DNA of 64,000 bases from Schizochytrium sp. TIO01 (Eukaryota > Protista > Bigyra: Labyrinthulomycetes): assembly GCA_004764695.1 (NCBI GenBank), contig SMSO01000036.1:1984001-2048000 (forward strand), in the 5' to 3' direction. A model generated the notes under the pieces. The model ran no database searches. It saw only the letters and a list, made by a program, of their open reading frames with translations, and was not told the origin of the DNA. The stretch's first letter is position 1; every line of letters starts with the position of its first letter. A program made the translations under genes and the position numbers. Of the stretch, positions 50,442 to 61,401 are shown in pieces.

Positions 50442-51425
50442 ATGGGCTGTGCAGCGAGCTCTGGTGCTGGGGAAACTACCTTGTCGAGTCCTCACGGAGC
50501 ATCGGATGAGGATGGGGCCCTGACGTACAATGAAGCGCTGGTATTCATTAAACCTCATGCAGCAACAAAAGAGGCAAAGGAATTCGTGGTCGAGTTCCTT
50601 CAGAACAGGGGAATCGAGGTGCTGAAGGAGGGCAAGTGGCTAGGCCCGGAGATTGACAAGAAGGGTATCATCGATGAGCACTATGCACACATCGCCAAGA
50701 TTGCACTCAAAGTGGACCCAGCAGACATTGTTGTGACAGATGAGAAAAAAGAACTTTTCGAATCTACCTTTGGAGAGACCTGGACCCAAGCTCTGGATGA
50801 CGGCAAGCTCATCAACCTTAAGACTTTTGAGGATGAGTTCACTGAGCTTACCTTTTCTGAAATTAATCGCTTGTGGCTTGGCGATTTGGAAAAGATCAAG
50901 CTGGCGCCCGGTACCTATGTAGGATACTTTCCAGATCAGGACCGCTATGTCATGAACCCATTCTATGCCAATATGCGTGCCGTCTACACTAATGCGGACG
51001 CCAAAGTTACCTACTTTGTCATCCGTTTTGAGGAGAACAATATTCCATGGAAGGTCTTCCGCAGCGACATCATTGGTGCTACAGACCCTGCCCAGGCCCA
51101 CGAAGGATCCCTCCGGGCTTCTATGCTTGCGAAGTACAAGGCCCTCGGACTTAAGTCCGAGCCAAACACTAGTGACAATGGAGTCCACGCCAGTGCTGGC
51201 CCATTCGAAGGCCTTAAGGAGCGTATTGTCTGGACAGGTGCCAAGATTGAGACTGACCTTTTTGGCAAGGAACTCATCGCTCAGGGAGTCAGTCGTGCGC
51301 TTATTAACTCATGGCTTGATAACGAGGTCGTGACAATTAATGGTGAGACTGACCATGCGTTTGACCTGCTGGAGGACCTCGACTCAAGCAAGGCCCTTGA
51401 ACTTGCTTTGCATGCGTCAAGTTGA
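50442..51425 (+). CDS. Nucleoside diphosphate kinase-like protein with N-terminal MGC acylation motif
   Basis: ALVFIKPHA, FRSDIIGATDP..EGSLR and DNGVHAS (catalytic His motif). ATG at 50442 in context ACCATGG gives MGCAASS. Confidence 0.85.
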   Translation: MGCAASSGAGETTLSSPHGASDEDGALTYNEALVFIKPHAATKEAKEFVVEFLQNRGIEVLKEGKWLGPEIDKKGIIDEHYAHIAKIALKVDPADIVVTDEKKELFESTFGETWTQALDDGKLINLKTFEDEFTELTFSEINRLWLGDLEKIKLAPGTYVGYFPDQDRYVMNPFYANMRAVYTNADAKVTYFVIRFEENNIPWKVFRSDIIGATDPAQAHEGSLRASMLAKYKALGLKSEPNTSDNGVHASAGPFEGLKERIVWTGAKIETDLFGKELIAQGVSRALINSWLDNEVVTINGETDHAFDLLEDLDSSKALELALHASS

Positions 51426-52039
51426 CAAGGGGAACTCTGCTCAATGATCACTGCAGCCATGTGAAGTACCGTGGTGTATGTCCTATGGATGTTTAAAGCC
51501 GCCTCGTCAACTTCCTGCCATCTAAGTGCATTCTGCAAACCTATAATGTGTAATCAACCACCATTTTGTTCACTTTTATATTGTAATTGTTAGATTCATC
51601 TATGTTTCTGCCTTATGACGTGCTGGCACCAACGTATCTGGGGGCTCTTTGGATGTTGTTCTGAAGCAAGTATACAGGATTGGTAATCTTCAGAATGTAG
51701 TAGTAGCATTAGCAGTGTGTGAATTGTTTCAGTATCTTTTAATGTATCAAGGTGTAGGTGCTAGGTTTGGGTTCACATACAACAAGACATTGAAGACCAG
51801 GTGGGAATCCCCACCATGCTGCAGAATGCTCATGCATACACTTTACAGCTATTGCTCATTAAAGATAACAAACATGTTAAAACATTTAAGTCATGGTATG
51901 CAACAGTAGTGACCACAAACGAAACGATGCTGTGATATCTTATACACCCCAAAACAAGGTTTTTCCCTCATTTCTAACAGTAAGATAATAAAGAGTACAG
52001 CAAAGTATGAGTTAGAATTCACAACAGAAGCAACTTTCC

Positions 52040-55000
52040 TTATGCTGCAGCGTTCTTTTGCTTTTGAACTTTAGGACTCAAATCATCTGCATCTGCAGGG
52101 TTGTCCACGTAAACGATGTCACAACGAGAAAGGTTATCGCGCATATCTTGAATTGAGTGATGAACATTATTAAAATCCATGCCTCGACGCACCCAGTGAG
52201 TAAGAAGCTCACTAAGTGACCAGGTTGAGCGACCTAGCTTGATGGGATCGTCAATTTCATCTCCCATAAGTGTTGTGCGGCCAAGACTGACTCTCTTGTG
52301 GTTACGAGGCAAATCCTCCCACTTCAGGTCATGCGCAAATTCAAAGCGATCTTGCCGCTCCCACTCTACCCACTGACCCAGCCAAGTGTTGAACTCTTCC
52401 TCAGTTATATCCAGTACCCGGCGCGATACACGGATGACTTCTTCACCCGGAATGGTACTTCCATAGACCATGAAGTGAGCTGACACTGGAAGATTCAAGG
52501 GTAGCCGGAACTGAATTTCATATTGCAAGAAGACACACACATCATCTACATTTTGAAAGCCCCCACGATCTTCAATACGCTTTTGCGCTGCTTCGTGAAC
52601 ATATTGTAGGTTCATAATCCGGCGACCAAGCGCACGCAGCTTTTCGCGATCACCACGCGCATGCGCAACTGCGCCAACAACCTCAAGCTGGTTCAAAGCC
52701 CAAATAGGCTTATCTTCACACGCATCGATTGCATCAGCCATGCGGGAACAAAGTTCATCTCGTGCCTCGTCATCCTTTGCTACATTCATCAGCATCTCGA
52801 CAACTCGCTCAGCTAACCCACGCCGCGTTGAGGGATTGCGGTATTCACGTGAGTCCCGAAGCATGCTTAGAAAGGTGAGCACACTATCTCTATAAAACGA
52901 GTCAACTTTCTCATCAAGTGGCTTAAGCACATCAAAGTCAATGTCTGACTCTATCAGAAGGCGCATAAGCCGTGGAGGGCGGCCTGTGGCGGCTGCTTTC
53001 CAGAAAAGAACTGCATTTGAAAAGCTTTCAAAGTCTCCGTCATGGCTTAGAGTTTCCAAGCCACCCTCTTCACCAGCGCTGATAAAGTCAAGACCGGCGA
53101 GGTCATTCTCTTCATCCTCTTCACGCTCAAAAACTGCATCGCACATCCTTAGATCTCCTGCAACTATCCCGTCACGGATCCAGTTCATGCACTGTAGACG
53201 ATCAGGGATAGAAAAGTCAGAGGTTATCGCTTGAAGGACCTCTGGATCAATGCCTGTACCTTTGAGCATAAATCTGCGACAAATAATAGCAGGCTCAGTA
53301 GCGGGGTTTCGCCCTATACTACGAACACGAGTTAGCCAATTAGATGGTCTACGCCATGGCCTAGTCCGTTGAGTTTGGGCTTCCTTATACGCGTCTCTTT
53401 GAACAGCAGCATCGATACTCTTTTGGAGCAAAGAGTTCAATATCTCGCGTGGAATTGTTGTGAGTTTGGGAGCTACATTTACCACTAGATAGATATCCAC
53501 ATCTAGGTCAGGGCTGATTTCGCAGAGCTCGGGTAGATTTATTAACGCAAGAGAATTGATGACGACACCAGATGAAATATGTGTCATGCAAGGTAATACA
53601 GAGAGCAGAAGACCATGGTTGATCATGGTGTACCCTAGTTGTGAGTTGTATTGCTGTAAGGCATCCTCTCCACTGGGCTGAGATGCCTCCTCATCAAGAT
53701 CTTCGGTTCCTTCCGAAAGGTAGTCTTCATCAATAGCGTCTTCTGCCTCAAGCTCTTGACTTGATACATCATCATCACGGAAAACATCCACTCCAGGAGC
53801 AATTTCTTGCAAATTTGCCTCATCAACGCCCTCTTCTTCAGCTTCATCTTCCCCTAACTTAAGTTCGTGAATGTCGAGCTCCTCTTGACCCTCGACCCTT
53901 TCATGTATTGTATCAAGCTCGATGTGGCTCCCAGAGCTTTTTGATCTTGAAACACGCGAAGAATTTTGTCTCGGTGGATATAGACGAGTAATAGAGCGCC
54001 GTGCACCGCCTAACAAAGTATTACGACGCAGCCACTTATAATCTACTTGTCTGGAGTTTGCTGTCCACGCTCGCTGGCGGTGACGCACGACTGTTGCGAA
54101 ATGCTCATTCAGATACCCTTCAAGCGTCTTAGAGGAACTTCGCCACTCTACAGGTATACTGTGGTCAAGACGACGCTCAGCTTGCTGTGTGCTTTTGCGC
54201 CGGCTCCTGAGTCGTTTGGCTTTGGAATTGCTCAAAACCGGAGCAGGTTGTTCCAAACGAAACCCAACTGGTAGCGTTTCAAAAGTATCGCAAGAATGTA
54301 TGGCAAACGTTTCTCGTACTTGCATTTTTTTGGGGATGTTTTTGAGAGCACGGCACGAAGCGACAACCAAGTTACCGTGGTAGATACCATTGTCAGGAAT
54401 ATCTACAAGGCTGTCCAAGAACGCAAACAGGCAGTCGCCGTACACAGTAAGACGTTTAGGAATGGACTTGAACATCGGGCATCCGATCAACATAAATGAA
54501 CCAAAGTGTTCTTCTTGAGTAAAATCCTCATCATTTGTAGTAGGAATACCAGCCAGCGCAGGCCAGCCTACTTCAATTTTGTTCTGGCTAAGATCTGATA
54601 GGCCCATGCAATAGCGAATGTCAAGTCCACCTCGACAAATCATTTCCTGGGGCAGTTTTTGCAATGACGGACAGTTACGCAGGCGTACAAAACCAGGTTT
54701 GAATACGTCAGTTGTAATGATCTCAGAATCTCTCCATGATTTAACCAAAGGTAGCTCATCCCCTACAATCATTTTCGATCCGCCAATCTCTTCTAGCGTC
54801 ATACAATGCGAAATATCAAGCATACCGAATACCCGCTCCATCTCGACTTTCCTTAGACGGGGACAAAAGCGGAATGACACGTTGCTGGTTTTTGTGAGCG
54901 TGAGAATGCCGGGGTCTTGCTGACCAACAAGAGAGCCTGGATGCACGATTTCGAGACTTTGCATATGTGTACACATTAATTGTCCCAACACACGAACAGG

Positions 55001-58000
55001 GTGCAATTCACGAATACCAGTGCCAGACAAATTTAGATCACCTGTGACAAATTTCATTGCAAAAGTCTCAAGACTTGAACATCCACTTAAATCAACATCG
55101 CCTGAGCAACTCTGCAACCCAACCACATACCCGTCGTCCCGAACACGCGAGATTAGCCCTGCCATGAAACCATTCTTTAATTCACGCAGTTGCGTGCAGC
55201 TCTGGGCGCTGAGTGATGCAACATGAATTGCAGGAATAACCTCTAAAGATGTACAATGGTCCAACTGCAGTTTAACTCGACCAGGTGCAGCATTAAAAAC
55301 ATCATCTGGAATATGAGCCAAATTTGCGCATTTAGAAAGGTTTAGAGTGCGCAATGTTTGGGGCAGAGGACCTGGAATAGTGCGCAGTCCGGTGCTACCA
55401 CGGAGGTTAAGAATACGTAGGCCACTAAGCATACCAAGATCCAGAGGCCTTGCGATAGGTTCCACATGGCTTGCGTTACCAGAGTTCTGAGAAAGGCTGT
55501 CAGAATGTAAGTCTTCACCAACAAAGTGAGGGCACTCACTCAACTTGAGTTTGTTGCATCCCGTTCGGAGCTTGATATCTTCCAACAGAGGCAGGTTGTA
55601 GAGGCTCAGCTCACCTTCTGCCTCATCTTTTGTTGCCAAACCAACGTCCACGCGCGTGAGATGTTCACAATTATCTACACGCACTAACTGCCAAATTCCA
55701 TGGAGAACAAGACCTTCGAGCATATTGCAGCTATCGAGATACAAATATGACATGCCGCTACCCTCGATGTCACCCAAGTTTTCTACGCCAACGTTCTCGA
55801 GCCTAATTCGAAGATTCAAGCCAGATTTAATGGAGACAACGTCATCAGAGATCTGGGTGAGATTTTGCATACCATTAAGGTACAACTCTGCGTCATCGTA
55901 CTGATCAATGAAGATTGAGTGAGCGAGACGTTCCATAGATGGTGAATCCGTAATTCTTAACAACTGGATTTGAAGCCGACCACCAGCTAAACGTTGCAAG
56001 GAGTTACATTCGACAATTTCCAGGGAGACAGGGAAGTCTGGGCCATCGCTATCCCACAACACATCAATGTTCGGGCAATGTTGGACATTAAGATGCCCAA
56101 CTTCATTTGTAGTGTGCCATTCTGGAAGTGACTTCACAGGTAACCAACGAAGCGTCAGCCTTGGAGTCTCTAGCTTACCTTGAAATTTCTCGATAGGGAA
56201 CCGAAGAAATTCGCATGAAAAGCTTGCCTTTATATCATCAACCCACTCCCGCAGTTGAAGAGTCTCAGTGCTCGAGGTCGTTTCTTCATTATCATCTGCA
56301 TCATTGTCAATCTCATTATTCATGCCATCATCGGACTCATTTCCCGAGTGGTTCGAACCTTCATATACAGGGTTAGTTAAGTTGTTTTGACTATCCAACT
56401 CGCTTGAATTAGCGACTGCTGGAAAATTTCCATCAACCTCGTCAACAATAAGCCCGGGAATTCGTCCGCTGGTATTCTCGAAACCTCCATTAAAGCTTTG
56501 GAGACTCATGATCTGGTCGCGAAACTCAAAAGATCCACGAAGAGAGAATGAGCGCACTACGATAGACCCCTCGCAAAGACGAGGGGGGATCTCGATACCA
56601 CTAATAATCAATTCGTGCGCTGGAGCATGTACTCCGGCGGCGATGGGAGTATTGGTATCAACGCATTGAATCTCAATAGAAGTTTCATTCGGGCTGGTAG
56701 GTTCCTCATCACAGTATAAAACACCTTCACAGAGTCTATGCAAAGAGCCCTGCTCAATTCGTAGGCTCCCTGCTACATGTAAATCGCCATTGCAGAGAGT
56801 ATTCAGTTGAGGACAGCGCTGAATTCTCGTAAATGTACCAAGTGAGAGTTTATCAATGCCGATATAAGCTAGCTGGGGCAGGTATAAAAGCTCGAGTTTC
56901 TGAAGAATTGTGACCTTTGGTGGACAACTTGAAAGCGCTTGGCAGTTTTGCAGTCTGAGCTTCTTCAAGACAATCTCCATATTACTGCTTGATTCCAGAA
57001 ATTCAAGATCAGGACAATTTTCAACTTCAATAATTGCAGGTTCTTCTGCGGAAGTGATTTGATCAAAATCTATGGATTGTAAACCACTGACAGCACTCAG
57101 TTTCTTGTAGTTGGCCTCTAAGGTCTCAATCATTTTCTGCGAGCTTCCTCGGCAGCTTATGACCGAGAGCTTGTTACATGTCCAGTGCGAGAAGTCACCT
57201 GAGGGTAGCGAACAACCTCGAAAGGAAAGGTCTCCGTTCACACTCACATTGGGAGGGAGAGCTGGAATATCGAGATTTTCGAATGAAAAGTTTCCTTCAA
57301 TAGCAATCCTGGATGGCTCCCCATCATTTGATGAAATCAAGCGCGCGTTTTGCTCACCAAACTCGTAGAATACGCGTTCTAAACCATAAAGGTTTTCGGT
57401 ATTCACACCCTTTGCCCACTCCTCCAGGTAAAGCTGTAATTCACTCGACATGCTGAGGCCAGTAGGCCCTTCTCCATCGTTGTCTAGAGGAAGACGCGAC
57501 TCGCCTAGGGTTTGCCAGCCGTCATCTCCTAGACTAAGACTCAAAGCAAGCAAGTGGTCAATTTCCTCAGGGTCTAGAGCGCCTTGCTCCATAAGAGCAG
57601 TAAGAGCATCAAGGTCATCTTGTATTGTGCTTGGATTTGTACCACTCGTATCGATTGCATGCTCTTCTTCAGTACCATTACCTTCAACGTATTCAGGATC
57701 ATGAAGTTGCAACTGTACCTCAAGGTCAGGAGGAGCATCATGCTCATCCAGGGATGCGATATGACTTTGACCGTGGCTTGATCTGCCTCCTCTGCTTGTA
57801 TCAGTTGACCGGCTTGTGCGGCTTGTGCGGCTTGTGCGGCTTGTGCGGCTTGTGCGGCTTGTGCGGCTTGGTGCGGCTTGTGCGGCTGATGCGGCTGGCA
57901 TTGTATTGTGTCTGCATGTCGTTGGCTTGTGCAGGTTGGAGGTCGCCGAATTCGCCATCGTTTGCAAAATGGTCATCTTCAATTTCGTCGTCACTATCAT

Positions 58001-58529
58001 GGTTGTGATGACTGAGTCTATGGCTCGATCTGCCGCTTCTAGTCGAGCCACTGGCTCTGCTGAGTCTGCTCGAGACTCGAGACCTGAGCTCACGCAGCTG
58101 CTCTTGAGCTTCTACTTGGGAATCCAATTGAGCAAGGCCGTTCATATCTTCGAAATTTGTAGAAGGATGCGGATCATTAGACTGTACGGCAACCTCTCCA
58201 GTATATTGATTTTCTTCTTCATGAAGAACTTCACCCTCAGCGTTATTACATTCGATTGCGTCCCCATGAGCAAGGCTTCTACGGGAACTGCGAGCACCAG
58301 ACGTACGCCTCGATGAGTGTGAAGATTCTGCATCTTGAGGAGTACGGTCTTCAACATTGTCCTGACGAGCAAGGCTTCTTCGGGATCTGCGATCACCTGA
58401 GGTGCGTCTTAATGGGGTCGAATGTTCTGCATCTGGGGACGCAGGAGCTTCCACTTGTGGAGTTGAAACAGGCAATGAGCCCCGGCGTTGCAGCATACCT
58501 GCGGCACACATGAGTTTTCTGACGACCAT
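52040..58529 (-). CDS. Large LRR-repeat protein with C-terminal NEL (novel E3 ligase) domain; one apparent 1-bp insertion at 57870/57871
   Basis: ATG at 58529 (CAACCATGG). Removing one G in the 9-bp repeat joins ORF 57801-58529 to ORF 52040-58093, giving 2162 aa. There are many LxLxxCxxLxxLP and VxGxLxL repeats. The C-terminus has DAIDACEDK, LRALGRRIMNL, VDDVCVFLQYE, LNLPV..M and FNTWLGQWVEW. Confidence 0.88.
57810..57891. repeat. 9-bp coding tandem repeat (CGGCTTGTG)n encoding Ser-Arg-Thr on the minus strand
   Basis: Six perfect units, then one 10-nt unit (57864-57873), one perfect unit and one variant. Confidence 0.95.
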
Positions 58530-61401
58530 GGTTGTTTTGATAAAAAATATTTCACCGCGCCGCGCAATGCTGATGCAAGCCCTATCTACAACAAGTATCT
58601 ATGAAACCTATCTGAATTTGGCTTCTTAATCCCGAGAGAGTCAATATTTAGAGTTGCAAACCTTTGAGCTCCACCAAAGCAAGTATTGTTATCTACCTTG
58701 AAAACGAAAGAGAGATATCTCTACTCCTGGCTTCTAGTCGAAGGGTAATCGAATCGTTGCTTGTAGCCTTAAGATGCTCAGTAATTAGCAACTTGGCGAT
58801 ATATTAATTCACGTGCACGTGTTATCGACGACGCCTTTATCAAAGATGGTAACTATCTTCAGGGCTGCTCCTTTGAACGAAAGTCGTTCAAATAAGCTTC
58901 AGGCTTCTAGCTCGACAGTCACAATCAAAGCCGGATCGAATACTTCAAAACACAGAAATTAAGCCACAACCAATAATCCTCGTCAAAGCTCGAAGTTTGA
59001 GCGCGCGACGAAACTTGAGAGGGAGAGCAAACAATTGAACAAGGCGCGTGCACGCGCCGACTCAATGAGTGATGCCAAACAATGTTGCGTGCAGAAACTC
59101 ACAACACACGAGTATCAACAACAAAACCCACGAAGCGAGCTAGGGACTCCAGCTGCGTGGCGTGGCGTAGCGTCCCTCCCAACGTCTCACGACCGTTCGG
59201 GATTTGGTCGCCCGCCGACAGACGTCGTAGGTAGTACTAGTTTCATCGAGCTTGAGAAGTGCACTCGTAGCATGCTAGTACCACTAAGACCTCTACATTT
59301 TCTATTACTGTCTACATATTCCAAGAATGGAATGAAAGAGTACCTGGGGAAAGGAACAGCTACTTTGGAACGATAGAACGTTCTGCGTAGGTGCTGCAGG
59401 GGTTCCACTGCTCATATTATCCTCATAAAGAGGTGCGCACACGTGCCGTGCGAGCAACCTACTTGAATCATCGGTGATCGTGATAGTAACTGAGCATGCA
59501 TGACTCGGCGCGTGGAAAGCCCCAAACAGAGAACTAAAATGCTGGTGGGTACAGGCAGCTAAGAGAGACGCCTAAGTGCTCTCGAGCGAGGTTGACTGCA
59601 TCATTGTCATCGTCTACCTGTGTGTACAAGTTGCCTTTACGTGACAACAGGGGATGGGTGTGCACGAGTTTCTACAAAAGAGCCCAGAAAAGGATGATGA
59701 ATGTCGTTAGCTACTACAAGTTGGCTGGCTGCAGCAGTTTGGGCCGCCGTAGTAGTCAAGGAAGTTCGCGTATGGGTGTAGGCGGTACCTACCTATAAAG
59801 TATCGAAAGCAGATCGGGGAATCGAATAGCGCTACGTATGTACTGCAAGCACTGGTGATCTCAGAATACACAACCCAGATACCTTACTGTGTTCCTAGAT
59901 TACAAAGGTCGCAGCAATTGCTTGAGAAGATAATAGAAGAACGTGGCAAAGACTCGCAAGAACCGAATATACTAAAGTGGCTAAAGTGCAAATATATGAT
60001 CTCCGGGCAGCAAGAGACTGAAGAATAGTTGGTGCTCGCCAGAGTATAACCTATTTAAAAAAAAGTAAAAAGGAAGGACTTTATAAGCTTAAAAAGTAGA
60101 AAGTGAATATCATTGTAGATACAAGCTCTTGGAGCAGCTGCGCAATGATTAATATGGTTGCAAAATTGTGAATCGAACGAATACTTTCCCCAACATAAAT
60201 GGTCTATACATGAAGATTGCTCGATGTCACTTCTCAAGACCTGAGAGGTTTTTAATAGGTGTATATTTACCAATATGAGAATGGTTATTCTAGTCGTGGC
60301 AGGTATGAACTTGAAGGTAGGGCTTCTCGAGAAATGATGTGGTCTATGAAGAACGAGATCATAAAATTATAGAACCAACGAGATTCAATGTACAGGTATG
60401 ATTTACAAGAATATATTATGACGAAACGACAAACCTAAATCGCAAAAGCAAAAGTGGTGATTTCAAATGTATTTAGATGCATCTGTGCTGGCCTAGACGA
60501 GGCACTGGCAAACCATATTCAATATATGCGAATTCTTGAAAGGTATTTATATTACGACAAGGTCAGATCAAAGCAAATCCCTCTACGAGCATCAGAGAAA
60601 GAAATAGTTCGCAAATATTGTTAAAAAAAATACACCACTCACTATTGGTCACGATACATCGACCCTCGTAGTTGCCCACCAGGACCAATTTCTATTTCGA
60701 AATGCCTAATGCCATATCACCAGTCTAAGCAATCAATGAAAAGTAATACCTGACACATGCAGACTGCTGAAGTCCTACACTCAAAAGCAGAAAATCACAT
60801 AGGAGTTCCTTCGCTTCATGATTTCTGGGCCAGAGTGATCAGGTTAGATTAATTCAGTTCCCGGGCTCATAATCTCCCAACCCATCATCCGAACAACCTA
60901 TCTCGAGTTCATTGCTGCACTTTCCATCATAAATCCACTGTTAAGTTGTGTAAACAAAGTTGATGAATAACTTCTAAACCCATCCACATCTCTTCATAAT
61001 AGGGATGCTATGCTGGCGATGGGGCTGGCAAGCAACAACCTACCATGGCACCAAGGTTTGTTGGATTTCGCAAACGTTTCTGTCGTTGACGATTTTTGGG
61101 AATTCTCTCTTGTCTGTTATGTCAACCTAATTGGGCATTTTCTGCAAATCGCACAATTCAGCCATAAGTAGACTATATACGTGGATACTCTACTGTATAC
61201 AACATCGTGTAAAGTATTGTAAGTGCACTATAGCACTTCGACAGACCTTCAAGTTGATTTCTCATTTTCTTCTGCTGTTGATTCTTCCGTCGAGACGCAA
61301 TTCCGCAATCCAACAGGGGCGGAGGCTCCGCGAGGCACGCAAAGGTCCCGCCGGCGGGAAGGCCTGCGGCGATAGCATTGGCTTAGGCACGAGAAAGTGA
61401 C

